From: Planctomycetaceae bacterium
GTDB taxonomy: Bacteria; Planctomycetota; Planctomycetia; Pirellulales; UBA1268
Length of the DNA stretch: 40,081 nucleotides
Direction of reading: 5' to 3'
Assembly (NCBI GenBank): GCA_018694455.1
Contig: JABHNP010000200.1
Coordinates: 1-40,081, forward strand
Shown: positions 29,232 to 39,293 of the stretch, piece after piece
Numbering within the stretch: position 1 is the stretch's first letter
Layout of the letters: every line of letters begins with the position of its first letter
The notes under the pieces: model-generated
The model's database searches: none
What the model saw: only the letters and a program-made list of their open reading frames with translations
Told to the model about the DNA's origin: nothing
Translations under genes and position numbers: made by a program

Positions 29232-30773
29232 ATGAATCTCAAACTGCATCACCTTGTTATTATACTAATCATTCTCTTGGTGGGGCTCACAGGAAAGGTT
29301 GGAACTGCAACAGAAAAGCCGAATATCATTCTGGTTATGGCTGATGATCTTGGGATCGGTGATATTTCTCCAACGAACCCAGATTGTCAAATTTCTACGC
29401 CGCGACTTCAGGAACTGGCGGATGCAGGGCTGACTTTTCTCGACGCACACACAACAAGTTCAGTGTGTACGCCTACTCGATACGGCTTGTTGACCGGTAG
29501 ATATAATTGGCGGTCGCGGCTTCAACGAGGAGTTCTCAGCGGGCGCAGTGAACACCTTATCCCTGCAGAGCGGCCGACTCTTGGACACCTTTTGCAGGAT
29601 GCAAAGTACCACACGGCCATGATCGGAAAATGGCACCTCGGGTGGGACTGGACCAAAGACGGAAATGAAATCGATTTTGCAAAACCGGTAAAAAATGGGC
29701 CAGATATCAATGGCTTTGATAAGTACTACGGGCATTGCGGCTCTCTGGATATGCCGCCCTATGTCTGGGTTGATACCGGCCGTGTCACGGCTGTGCCTGA
29801 TCGAGAAGAGGGCGTGTCACCCAAAGACGATCAATATGGATGGTACCGAAAAGGTCCAATCGGTTCAGATTTTCATATTCAGGAGGTACTCCCTCATCTT
29901 TTCGATAAGTCGATGGAATATGTCAACGATCGTAGTGAAGAGGCCAGGAATGGAAAGCCATTTTTTCTGTATTTCCCTCTTCCAGCGCCTCATACCCCTA
30001 TTGTTCCAGTGCCACCATTCCGTGATGCAAGCGGTCTTAATCCGTATGGCGATTTTGTGATGCAGGTGGATTATCTCATGGGTGAATTGCTTGATTGTGT
30101 GAAGAAAAACGGGTTGGAAAATAATACGTTGGTCATTTTTACAAGTGATAATGGTTGCTCCCCACAGGCGAACTTTGATCTTCTCAAAAAACATGGCCAC
30201 AATCCCAGTGGCATCTATCGTGGGCATAAGGCTGACATTTTCGAGGGTGGCCATCGGGTTCCCCTCATTGTGAAGTGGCCCGGTCATATTGCACCGCGGA
30301 CGACGACACAAGCGTTGGTATGCCATACTGATATTTACACTTCTCTGGCAGAGATTGTGAACCACTCTGATCACGCCATCGGTGGTGAAGATGGTTATAG
30401 CCTGCTGCCCGTGTTTCACGGGAAAAGGTCTTCAGATAGAACGGCTCTGGTGAGCCACTCCATAGATGGTTCGTTTGCTATCCGAGAAGGAAGTTGGAAG
30501 CTATGCCTTTGTTACGGCAGTGGCGGTTGGAGTATTCCAAAGGAGAAGGTAGCAAAGGCTGAAGGGCTACCGCCGCTTCAACTCTATAACCTCAGTCAAG
30601 ATATTGCTGAAACAACAAATCTTGCTGAAAAAAATCCTGAAAAAGTATTGCACCTCCTGAAACTACTCGATGATATTGTTCAAAAAGGACGGTCAACGCC
30701 CGGCGAGGCACTGAGCAATGATCGTGAAGTCTCATTTCTACCAAAGGGCGTGATGCTTCCCGCAAAAAAATGA
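29232..30773 (+). CDS. S1 family arylsulfatase (formylglycine-dependent)
   Basis: Signal/anchor segment followed by PNIILVMADDLGIGD, SSVCTPTRYGLLTGRY (Cys codon 29466-29468), GKWHLG, PFFLYFPLPAPHTP, FTSDNG and GHKADIFEGGHRVPLIVKWPG. Confidence 0.9.
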   Translation: MNLKLHHLVIILIILLVGLTGKVGTATEKPNIILVMADDLGIGDISPTNPDCQISTPRLQELADAGLTFLDAHTTSSVCTPTRYGLLTGRYNWRSRLQRGVLSGRSEHLIPAERPTLGHLLQDAKYHTAMIGKWHLGWDWTKDGNEIDFAKPVKNGPDINGFDKYYGHCGSLDMPPYVWVDTGRVTAVPDREEGVSPKDDQYGWYRKGPIGSDFHIQEVLPHLFDKSMEYVNDRSEEARNGKPFFLYFPLPAPHTPIVPVPPFRDASGLNPYGDFVMQVDYLMGELLDCVKKNGLENNTLVIFTSDNGCSPQANFDLLKKHGHNPSGIYRGHKADIFEGGHRVPLIVKWPGHIAPRTTTQALVCHTDIYTSLAEIVNHSDHAIGGEDGYSLLPVFHGKRSSDRTALVSHSIDGSFAIREGSWKLCLCYGSGGWSIPKEKVAKAEGLPPLQLYNLSQDIAETTNLAEKNPEKVLHLLKLLDDIVQKGRSTPGEALSNDREVSFLPKGVMLPAKK

Positions 30774-31012
30774 GTTTTTATAGACTACATTTATTGACAC
30801 AAAGGATGTCTGGGAGTTGCCGATCAGCGGTATACCTCATTCGCCAGCAGATCGCGGTTCGCTGGGATACGAGATACTCGTTAAAAGTGCAATGAGATGT
30901 TTCTGCCCCCGGGTACAGGATTGAGTTTCTAAAAACGCAGAATTAGACAAAAACAAGGGCTTCAAATCCCCTTGTCTACAGGACTAAGAAGTTGCAAAAA
31001 CAAAGGGATCAC

Positions 31013-32542
31013 ATGAGATTTACATCAGAAATACGATTGCGACGGCTTATGAGTTGGCTTCTCGTTCTCGTTGGCACGTCACTGCCGATAATGACCCGAG
31101 CTGAGGACGAAACACCAACGATTATTGCTGTCGCGGCATGTGACAGCTTTGCTGAGATCCGGGAACAGTGTGCGTGGGTTGGCGGCCTCGTAGGATTTCC
31201 GATGCTGGCTGGGCTACCAGATACCTATGCGATGCTAGCTACAGGAGGCAAAGGACTTAAGGGCCTCGATGCGGAACGACCAATTGGTATTGTTGTCACT
31301 GTTGATGGAGAAGCATCAAGTATTCATGGCTTCCTACCAACAACGGATCCAGACGCCCTTATCGAGACATTCTCTGGAGTACCTTTCCGCAGTATGGTTG
31401 ATATGGCTGGAGCCGGGGACTGGGTTGTGGTGACAGCCAAAGGTAAACCCCCCAGCATAAACGATCCACAGGACATGCTAAGGAGTATTACCAGCCATCT
31501 TTCTGTTGGAGTGAAACTCTTTCCATCACGACTCCCAGACACCCTGAAAGAATCATTTCTAAACACTGCCGAGCAGGGTTTAGGATCGCAAGAGGGTTCC
31601 CCCGGTCAACAATTTGGTCTTGCACTACCAATCTCTGGATTCGATAAAGACATAGCAAGTGAGTCGTTGGCTCAAACTGAGGCACTTTTATTCGGCCTCG
31701 CTATTGATAAAAAAACTGATCGAATTTTCCTGGAGAGTCGAACAATCTTTGCAGAGGGTGGTACGGCCGGGACGTTTTGGGCGACAGCAGGAGGCGTTGA
31801 GCCAAGTCTGGGTCTGCCTCCACAGGAGGGACAATACGCGTTGCAAGTTCAAATCGCCCAGAATTTGAATGATGCTACTCAGCTTGAGGCAATGGAGAAG
31901 GCCCTGCTGTCACAAATAAAACAGGACCAATTAAGGGCGGTAGTACAAAAACTCTCCGCTGTTATTTTACCCCAGATTTCAGAATATAGAGCCTTTGAGT
32001 TGGTTGCTGGCGTGGCACCACCTAAGAACCAAAATGAAGGACAAGCGGTACCTACTGTCGTGTTGGGAATGGGAATAGCCGATGGTAGTGCAATGGCTGA
32101 GCAACTGAAGGGTCTCCTAGACGAAACCGACGTTGAATTTGACGTGGCAGAAGATGACGGTTTTTCATTTCACGATATAGAAATGATGCCGCTTGGGAAA
32201 GTGACGCTCGCCATTGGTGACAAATGCATATACGCCATGACACGAGCAGCAGACGACAGTGAATACAAGGCAATAACGGGTCATGCTATCGATGACTTCC
32301 GGCCGATTGCAGCGGCCAACGTGCGGCTCGAGTCACTTTTCGACGGTATTGCTGGACTCCCACCAGAAATGGCGATGATTGTCGAAAACCTTGAACCGCA
32401 AGGCGAAGTAAACTTACTTGTGCGTCCGATTACACGGGGATTGGCTATCCGGGTGACTGCTGACGGTGAGGCGGTTCAAACTGGAGCGGCCTTAACGGCC
32501 TTAGGGGTAGTTAATTTAAATTCCCTCCTAAAGCTGAATTGA
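31013..32542 (+). CDS. secreted protein of unknown function
   Basis: The ORF track starts at TTG 30992. ATG 31013 (MRFTSEIRLRRLMSWLLVLVGTSLPIMTRAEDE) gives a signal-peptide-like N-terminus. About 509 aa of non-repetitive, protein-like composition, with no motif I recognise. Confidence 0.55.
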   Translation: MRFTSEIRLRRLMSWLLVLVGTSLPIMTRAEDETPTIIAVAACDSFAEIREQCAWVGGLVGFPMLAGLPDTYAMLATGGKGLKGLDAERPIGIVVTVDGEASSIHGFLPTTDPDALIETFSGVPFRSMVDMAGAGDWVVVTAKGKPPSINDPQDMLRSITSHLSVGVKLFPSRLPDTLKESFLNTAEQGLGSQEGSPGQQFGLALPISGFDKDIASESLAQTEALLFGLAIDKKTDRIFLESRTIFAEGGTAGTFWATAGGVEPSLGLPPQEGQYALQVQIAQNLNDATQLEAMEKALLSQIKQDQLRAVVQKLSAVILPQISEYRAFELVAGVAPPKNQNEGQAVPTVVLGMGIADGSAMAEQLKGLLDETDVEFDVAEDDGFSFHDIEMMPLGKVTLAIGDKCIYAMTRAADDSEYKAITGHAIDDFRPIAAANVRLESLFDGIAGLPPEMAMIVENLEPQGEVNLLVRPITRGLAIRVTADGEAVQTGAALTALGVVNLNSLLKLN

Positions 32543-32756
32543 ACATCGAATGATCCCACATAATAGAGATGAGTACAATTGAAGAGCGCTGAATTCCCTT
32601 TGCCTCGTACCATCGGCCTGCCAATAGAAACGATTACGCTGTAAGTAACGCCTTCGAATTTGCGTACGTAATCAAAGTAGTTTTCAATTACGGAATGTTT
32701 TTGTACTGACTAGTATTAAACGGTCAAAAACGAGTTCCGAATCTAGAAAGGTTCAC

Positions 32757-33695
32757 GTGTCTGTATACCGCTCCACGAAGGGATTCACCCTCATCGAATT
32801 ACTCGTAGTCATTGCCATTATCGGTATTCTGGTGGGGCTGCTTCTTCCAGCGGTCCAAACAGCTCGTGGGGCATCGAGAAGGATAGCGTGCACCAGTAAT
32901 CTCAAGCAGATGGCACTCGCTGCCAACGCCTATGACTCCATCCACCGTCGACTACCAATAGGTTTTCTCGGGCCATGGGATGCAAACGGAAATGGATTGA
33001 ATGACGTAGCAGAGGCGCCTCCCTGGCAGTTCGATTTTTCGAACATTGGCATGCTACCAGTACTTCTAAGTTTTATTGAAGAAAGTGGCACACAGGACAA
33101 GCTGAATCCACTTCTTCTTCGTCAACATTCTCGAAAGTATCCCGGACAGAATTATTTCGGACATTGGGCAGCTGGCAAATCCACAAAGGAAGCAGCATCT
33201 ACCCAACCAAGTGTTTTTCTATGCCCCTCAGCACTCCTAGGTCCTTATGATATTTGTATCGACACAACATTTACCTACGAAACTGCGGACGGTATACAAG
33301 TAGAAATTAGAGGGCGTAGAGAAAAAGACTATGGGCGATCCAATTATGTGGGCGTATCGGGAAAGGCTGGAAATACACCATCGGAAAAACAATATGCCGG
33401 ATTATTCGTAAACAGGATTCCACGCTCTCTCAGGCATGCTCGCGACGGAACAAGTAACACCCTTCTATTTGGCGAGAATGCCGGTGTCATTACGTGGCTG
33501 GGCGCCGAAGGGTGGCCTGTACTTAACGGTTTGGGCGACACTCCAAGCCGCACCAAACCATTGTTCACGAGCCTTCACCCTAGTGTTGTCATGTTTGCAA
33601 CTGCCGATGGAGCAGTCCGTGGACTCACTTTTGACATTGAACAAGAAGCCCTGAATAACTTGGCAGGAATGGCAGACGGCCAGTTGGTGAAATAA
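32757..33695 (+). CDS. DUF1559 (H-X9-DG) protein with type IV pilin-like N-terminal methylation motif
   Basis: [30 protein letters not shown] is a prepilin cleavage/methylation segment. SNTLLFGEN and [12 protein letters not shown] (H-X9-DG) follow near the C-terminus. GTG start after AGAAAGG. Confidence 0.85.
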   Translation: MSVYRSTKGFTLIELLVVIAIIGILVGLLLPAVQTARGASRRIACTSNLKQMALAANAYDSIHRRLPIGFLGPWDANGNGLNDVAEAPPWQFDFSNIGMLPVLLSFIEESGTQDKLNPLLLRQHSRKYPGQNYFGHWAAGKSTKEAASTQPSVFLCPSALLGPYDICIDTTFTYETADGIQVEIRGRREKDYGRSNYVGVSGKAGNTPSEKQYAGLFVNRIPRSLRHARDGTSNTLLFGENAGVITWLGAEGWPVLNGLGDTPSRTKPLFTSLHPSVVMFATADGAVRGLTFDIEQEALNNLAGMADGQLVK

Positions 33696-33722
33696 CGCAA
33701 CCTATTGCGAAGGCTCTGTCGT

Positions 33723-34892
33723 CTACCGACAATTTTCGTCGCCGAGTACAAACGAATGATCTACAGTAACCTCAACGGACGAGCCGCTGTCTGAGATTAA
33801 TCTTAAACATTTATCTCTGAAATCGATGTGCTCTACACGGTTAAAGCCAACGGGAACGGGTACTGCTGCCTGAATACTTCGGATATCAAGCGGGGAGTCT
33901 TCTGTACAATCAATCGCTGTGGCGATGCCCTGCTCTGTCAGCAGATTCGCTCTTGCCGAAGCAGCTATTCCTTCAGCAAAATAACTACAGATATCTTCCA
34001 CACCAAGGCATTGGTTACGGCCATTCCAAGGAAAGGAATGCCGACCATGATTCTCAAGCCAAAAAGCAGTCATTGGCAGTTTCCTAGGGTCACGCAAAGA
34101 AAACCAAGCCCAGTTCTCGCTCGTGTTGACGGCAGCAGTCCAGGCCGGTTTGCCAGCCAATGATTCCGCGTCAGCAACCACGGCGAAGAGATCGGTGAAT
34201 CCTCGGCGAAGCGGCAGCCGCGAACAATCGACCACTGCCGGATCTCTGAAAAGTGTGGGGATCTCCCGTAGATCACAGAAGCTCTTCCCTTCCGCGAGCA
34301 TCTGATACTCTCCCGCTGCCGGATCACCAAATACGCCGGGATTGGTCATGCCGAGCCTAAAGGGGCTCGTAGAAATTACAAAGGTCCCTTCTTCATCCGG
34401 CATCTCAAGAATAGCGTGGTGTCCGACGGGACTTGGTCCTACAAAACCTTCGACGCAGTGCCGCTGATAAATGACGGGGTGTCTATCGCGTAACGTAATC
34501 TCTTTTGTGACTCGTCCTTTCCTGACACGCGTATCAAGCACAAGCCTCAATCTCGAGATTCCTGATTCCACTTCCTCAGAATCCACAAACGTCCATTCAG
34601 CTGTGGCAGTCTCGCCATGAACTGGATGATTCTGATTCTGGTAGGGCTGTGCATTACCACCAAAGGGCAGGCAAAAAAAGTCTCCTCGCAACGGGACAAG
34701 TACCTCAGCCGGCATATCCGACCGGTCTTCTTCTTGCCAAGGGCTTATGTAGTATGGGCGAATCTGCTGATCATTGGCTGCCCCAAACACGACTGGGGCC
34801 ATGTGCCCACCCTGTTTTGTAATTGCCAGCGAAACGACATCATTCTCTAAAACAAAACTTGATTGTCCATGAATCTCTTTGCTTACCATCAT
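33723..34892 (-). CDS. hypothetical protein, possibly galactose-mutarotase-like (aldose-1-epimerase fold)
   Basis: 389-aa ORF. HPVHGETATAEWTF and GPSPVGHHAILEMP resemble the HG...W and G.H.y motifs of aldose-1-epimerase-like proteins. The functional call is weak. Confidence 0.5.
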   Translation of the reverse strand: MMVSKEIHGQSSFVLENDVVSLAITKQGGHMAPVVFGAANDQQIRPYYISPWQEEDRSDMPAEVLVPLRGDFFCLPFGGNAQPYQNQNHPVHGETATAEWTFVDSEEVESGISRLRLVLDTRVRKGRVTKEITLRDRHPVIYQRHCVEGFVGPSPVGHHAILEMPDEEGTFVISTSPFRLGMTNPGVFGDPAAGEYQMLAEGKSFCDLREIPTLFRDPAVVDCSRLPLRRGFTDLFAVVADAESLAGKPAWTAAVNTSENWAWFSLRDPRKLPMTAFWLENHGRHSFPWNGRNQCLGVEDICSYFAEGIAASARANLLTEQGIATAIDCTEDSPLDIRSIQAAVPVPVGFNRVEHIDFRDKCLRLISDSGSSVEVTVDHSFVLGDENCR

Positions 34893-35113
34893 TTTCTGTG
34901 CACCACTAAGAAAACACTATCGTAAAAATATTCGCCATAAGCACATTCGTACATCACGACTTTTCAAATACTGACTCCCACTGCTGGCTAACCTCGCACA
35001 AACTAATTGTTTCAATCGTCGAGCAACAAGGTGACCGTGGAAAAAAATAGAGTGTTCTTTACCCCTACTCAAGTGTGCCTAGTGGGACTCTGAACCCAAT
35101 CCCCCAGTTGCAC

Positions 35114-36238
35114 TTATTCGCAGAGAACAACTCGTTCGTTTTCCTCCTTGGCCGCCATCGCAGTACCGAGCTTCCACGAAGTCATTCCCATATCCGCAAG
35201 CTGGTGTTGAATACTATCGACAAAATGAGGAGACACTACTAACACCATGCCAAGACCCATATTGAATACACGGTCCATTTCCTGCTGTTCAATGGCACCA
35301 AGTCGCTGAAGCCATTGAAATACAGCTGGCACTTCCCAACTCGCTCGTTCAATTTGGATCTGGATTGTCGGAGGAACAATTCTCGCAAGATTTTCCGCCA
35401 GCCCGCCTCCGGTAATATGAGCTATCCCGTGCACAACCTGTTTGACTCGATAATGTCGTAATACAGATCGAATTGGACGTGCGTAAAGTTGTGTCGGTGA
35501 AAGAAGAATTTCTGCGACCGTCTTGTTGTCGCATTCGGGAACAACATCATCTTTTGTCAGCCCGGCTATATCAAAGACGACCTTTCGAATCAGACTGTAC
35601 CCATTTGAATGAAACCCAGATGACGCGATACCGATAGCGACATCACCTTGTTGGATTTGACTGCCATCAATAAGCCGCTTTCGCTCTACGACACCTACAC
35701 AGAACCCTGCAAGATCATAGTCACCTCGAGCATATAGATCCGGCAGTATTGCCGTCTCACCACCAACGAGCGCACAGTCCGACTCTACACACGCATCTGA
35801 AATACCTCGAACGATTTCCTCGAGTCTCTCCGGGTCATCATGCGAGAGAGCTACATAATCAAGGAAAAATAATGGTTCCGCGCCTGTGCAGAGCAGGTCG
35901 TTCACGCTCATTGCAACGAGGTCAATACCAACAGTGTGGTGAACCCCAGTCGTACACGCCACCTTCAGTTTTGTGCCCACGCCATCCGTACAAGAGATCA
36001 GCAGCGGATCCTCATACCGTCGTGCGAAAAGGCCTTGTAGCTGCAGTTGAAATACAGCCGCAAACCCACCGTCTTTACTTATCACGCGAGGGCACTGCGT
36101 TCTTCTCATATGCGCAGGCAGCTTCGCCATTGCCTTTTCATAAAGGGCAAGATCTACGCCAGCACTGGAATATGTTGCACCACTCACTCTGTTATCTTCC
36201 CGCGACACCGAATTGCTGCAACCCCTGCCGGCAATCAA
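35114..36238 (-). CDS. purM: phosphoribosylformylglycinamidine cyclo-ligase (AIR synthetase)
   Basis: YSSAGVDL, CTDGVGTKLKVA, GIDLVAMSVNDLLCTGAEPLFFLDY, GGETA, SSGFHSNGYSL and AHITGGG are canonical PurM motifs. The start may instead be GTG at complement 36187, 17 codons downstream of the ORF-track start. Confidence 0.92.
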   Translation of the reverse strand: MIAGRGCSNSVSREDNRVSGATYSSAGVDLALYEKAMAKLPAHMRRTQCPRVISKDGGFAAVFQLQLQGLFARRYEDPLLISCTDGVGTKLKVACTTGVHHTVGIDLVAMSVNDLLCTGAEPLFFLDYVALSHDDPERLEEIVRGISDACVESDCALVGGETAILPDLYARGDYDLAGFCVGVVERKRLIDGSQIQQGDVAIGIASSGFHSNGYSLIRKVVFDIAGLTKDDVVPECDNKTVAEILLSPTQLYARPIRSVLRHYRVKQVVHGIAHITGGGLAENLARIVPPTIQIQIERASWEVPAVFQWLQRLGAIEQQEMDRVFNMGLGMVLVVSPHFVDSIQHQLADMGMTSWKLGTAMAAKEENERVVLCE

Positions 36239-36294
36239 TCGGAAACAACCCTTTTCTCAATCCATCCACGCTGAAAACTGAGAACTTCTTTTCC

Positions 36295-36930
36295 CTAACT
36301 ACCCGACTGGTTCACCTGTATTGCCTGCATCCATTGTGACTCATCTTCCAACCGAACAACACCGAGACGATTTTGAGTGGCAGCAGCAAGCGCAAGTGTC
36401 ACCAGCAGAAGTCCGTCCGGCCGTTTTGTTTTACCAGCAACAAGGCACCACGGCGTCTCAGTGAGGTCTTGGTTCTCAACCTGCATATGGAGAGCCAGGT
36501 TATTCGCGAAGCCTCCGACACTAACCTGATTGGACCAAGTTCGAATAATTGGTGTATCAATCTCGATAAAAGCCCCAAGCCCAGGCACCAGTCCGTCCAA
36601 GATAGAGGGCAATTCATCGTCTTCAGGGAGCTCGATACGACCAAGCGGTGCTAAGACGACAACACCTAACCGCACTGGCATATTATGAACCTTCAGATCT
36701 ACCCTCGACGTTTTGCCAAGAGGTTCAGCCGTCAGATCGACCACTCGTAAAGGATCTACAAGTGAAACTTCGCTAGGCTTCTTAAATAACCGTACCACCC
36801 TGCGTGTAAGCAATGCCAGAATCACAAGACCAAGTAAACCGACTCCAACCATCCGACCAGTTGGCGTATTGAGCAGGAGATCAATACTTCTCTGGAGCGC
36901 CCCGATGAGTCGTTGAATCACTTGTTGCAT
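36295..36930 (-). CDS. membrane-anchored protein of unknown function
   Basis: 211 aa with a single N-proximal hydrophobic segment (MVGVGLLGLVILALL). There are no recognisable motifs. It lies 56 nt upstream of purM on the same strand. Confidence 0.5.
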   Translation of the reverse strand: MQQVIQRLIGALQRSIDLLLNTPTGRMVGVGLLGLVILALLTRRVVRLFKKPSEVSLVDPLRVVDLTAEPLGKTSRVDLKVHNMPVRLGVVVLAPLGRIELPEDDELPSILDGLVPGLGAFIEIDTPIIRTWSNQVSVGGFANNLALHMQVENQDLTETPWCLVAGKTKRPDGLLLVTLALAAATQNRLGVVRLEDESQWMQAIQVNQSGS

Positions 36931-37008
36931 AACGCTATCTGCCCTTCATGAACCCCTGATACGGACCATACTTGATTGCTTTGGGGTATCTCAGTGTATC
37001 ATTCTGCC

Positions 37009-39204
37009 ATGGCAAAAGTTTGTCACACAACTGAGGAACACTCTCGCGGGCAGCGTAGCCTTCCTCCGCTGCAATTTGATGCTCCACTATCCTTTGGGGC
37101 GATTCTCCACGACTCTCGCTCGAAACATGGCGAGGGCGTCCAATTTGTTGTATTCAGCCGAAATGCAACTGGAATGCGAGTACTGCTCTACGATCAATCC
37201 GATGACCGCGACCCAATGCAAGTGATTTCCTTCGAACCGAAACACGATAGGTTCGGTGATGTGTGGAGTATTTTTGTGCCCGGGCTGAAACACGGCCAAC
37301 TGTATCATTTTCAGGCGGATGGTCCCTTTAACGCTTCTGGCGGCCACTTATTCGACCCGACGGCACGATTGATTGATCCGTATTCGAAAGCACTCGCTGG
37401 CCACTTCCTCAAACATAATGACGGCATTATTCGCCCCCCAAAAAGTGTTGTTGTCGACGATACATTTGACTGGAACGGGGACCGACATCTTCGCCACGGA
37501 CTGGCAGATACGGTCATTTATGAAATGCACATCAAGGGCTTTACAGCAGACCCTTCAAGTGGCGTCGAATACCCAGGGACGTACCTAGGCGTCATTGAGA
37601 AAATTCCGTATCTCAAAAGTCTTGGTATCACTGCAGTTGAACTCATGCCAATCCATGAGTTCCCACAGGAGTCCTTTTCTGGAAAACATCGCCAACATGA
37701 AAATTATTGGGGCTATGACCCATTGGCATTCTTCGCACCACATCAGGGCTATGCTGTCTCAAAGCAGCCGGCTGCCCAGGTATCTGAATTTAAAGAAATG
37801 GTACGGGCTCTTCATACCGCAGGTATCGAAGTCATTCTCGACGTGGTGTTGAATCACACAGCAGAAGGCAACGCCGAGGGCCCTACGCTCTCCATGAAGG
37901 GTCTCGAAAACAGTGTGTATTACATGCTGGACAAGGACAGCGGGACGTACCGCAACTACACCGGTTGCGGGAACACCATAAATGCAAACCACCCTGTCGT
38001 ACGAGAACTCATTGTCCTGTGCCTGCGATACTGGGTGTACACCTATCATATCGACGGGTTTCGTTTCGATCTCGCAAGCATTCTTTCCCGCGACCAGAAT
38101 GGAGATCTCCTGAAAAGCTCTCCGATCATAGAAGCTATCACGGAAGACCCACTGCTTGCAGACACCAAAATAATTGCTGAAGCGTGGGATGCAGCTGGTG
38201 CATACCAGGTAGGAACATTTGCCACATTACGTTGGGCAGAATGGAACGGACGGTATCGCGATGACGTAAGGCGTTATTGGCGTGGAGATGCGAACCAAAC
38301 AGGAAATCTTGCAACCCGACTTGCTGGCTCAAGTGATCTGTATGCCGGGGAACGTAGGCAACCATATCACAGCATTAACTTTATCACTTCACATGATGGC
38401 TTTACTCTGAATGATTTAGTGTGCTACGAGCATAAGCACAATGAAGCGAACACCGAAAACAACAATGACGGCGACAACAATAATTTCTCCTGCAATTACG
38501 GCGTAGAGGGGCCAACTGATAACGAAGCTATTGAGTTAGTGCGATCGAAACAGATTCGCAACATGCTTTCCACCCTGCTCCTGAGCCAAGGCGTCCCAAT
38601 GCTGCTTGCGGGTGACGAATGCCGTCGAACGCAAAAAGGAAATAACAATGCATACTGCCAAGACAACGAAATATCATGGTTCGACTGGAAACTGACTATC
38701 GATCACGCTGACCTCGTTCAATTCACTTCTTCACTGATATACCACAGACTCAGCAATCCAACGCTACGCCGACGCACGTTTCTGAAAGGCGGCAGCAGCA
38801 CCAATGGCACTGTCCCAGATGTCGAGTGGTTCTCATCCGATGGCACCCACGTCGATTGGTTTTCAGGCGATTTTAGTCTGGCATGTTTCTTTGGAGCACC
38901 GACACCGAAAGTGCTCATTGACGAAGATAACCCCAAGGCAGGCGGACTCGCTGGAACACCACAGCATGTCCTCATTTTTTGTAATGCAGGCACCGAAAAA
39001 CGTGAATTTCTTTTCCCATCGTCTCCTCTACTTCAAGAGATGCAGTGGAAGGTGTGTGTTGACACAAGTCAATTGCCCTCTCTCCGGCGATCACATCAAC
39101 CTTCTGGCTTTGACCCGTCGCGGCCGATTATTTTGGCTGAAAGAAGCCTCCTGTGTCTTCTGGCTCCCGGAAGTCGCAGGCCGGCAAAGCGTCTGGATTC
39201 CTGA
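37009..39204 (+). CDS. glgX: glycogen debranching enzyme GlgX (GH13 isoamylase-type)
   Basis: From ATG 37009. Motifs: VQFVVFSRNATGMRVLLYD (CBM48-like), VIYEMHIKGFT, GITAVELMPIHEF, NYWGYDPLAFFAPH, VILDVVLNHTAEG, IDGFRFDLASIL, IAEAWDA, INFITSHDGFTLNDLV. Confidence 0.9.
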   Translation: MAKVCHTTEEHSRGQRSLPPLQFDAPLSFGAILHDSRSKHGEGVQFVVFSRNATGMRVLLYDQSDDRDPMQVISFEPKHDRFGDVWSIFVPGLKHGQLYHFQADGPFNASGGHLFDPTARLIDPYSKALAGHFLKHNDGIIRPPKSVVVDDTFDWNGDRHLRHGLADTVIYEMHIKGFTADPSSGVEYPGTYLGVIEKIPYLKSLGITAVELMPIHEFPQESFSGKHRQHENYWGYDPLAFFAPHQGYAVSKQPAAQVSEFKEMVRALHTAGIEVILDVVLNHTAEGNAEGPTLSMKGLENSVYYMLDKDSGTYRNYTGCGNTINANHPVVRELIVLCLRYWVYTYHIDGFRFDLASILSRDQNGDLLKSSPIIEAITEDPLLADTKIIAEAWDAAGAYQVGTFATLRWAEWNGRYRDDVRRYWRGDANQTGNLATRLAGSSDLYAGERRQPYHSINFITSHDGFTLNDLVCYEHKHNEANTENNNDGDNNNFSCNYGVEGPTDNEAIELVRSKQIRNMLSTLLLSQGVPMLLAGDECRRTQKGNNNAYCQDNEISWFDWKLTIDHADLVQFTSSLIYHRLSNPTLRRRTFLKGGSSTNGTVPDVEWFSSDGTHVDWFSGDFSLACFFGAPTPKVLIDEDNPKAGGLAGTPQHVLIFCNAGTEKREFLFPSSPLLQEMQWKVCVDTSQLPSLRRSHQPSGFDPSRPIILAERSLLCLLAPGSRRPAKRLDS

Positions 39205-39293
39205 GACTTTTCGAGTTAGTATGGAGGCTTCCGAGAGCAAATGTACTCGGAGATTAATAACACGTGCACCCCACCCAACTGGAGAAGCCTCCC

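Noticed and set aside
36264-36273. Third partial copy (ATCCACGCTG) of the 12-mer shared by the groEL-2 flanks
   Set aside because: It is only a 10-nt match. It lies between two minus-strand genes, so it would be antisense to the local transcript. That is consistent with chance in 80 kb of two-strand sequence.
35749-36339. 196-aa plus-strand ORF opposite purM
   Set aside because: It is antisense to a gene with unmistakable PurM motifs and has a His/Pro/Arg-rich shadow-frame composition. Similar antisense or alternative-frame ORFs were rejected on the same grounds: 14183-14851, 19466-19927, 29865-30419, 6236-6679 and 38804-39319.
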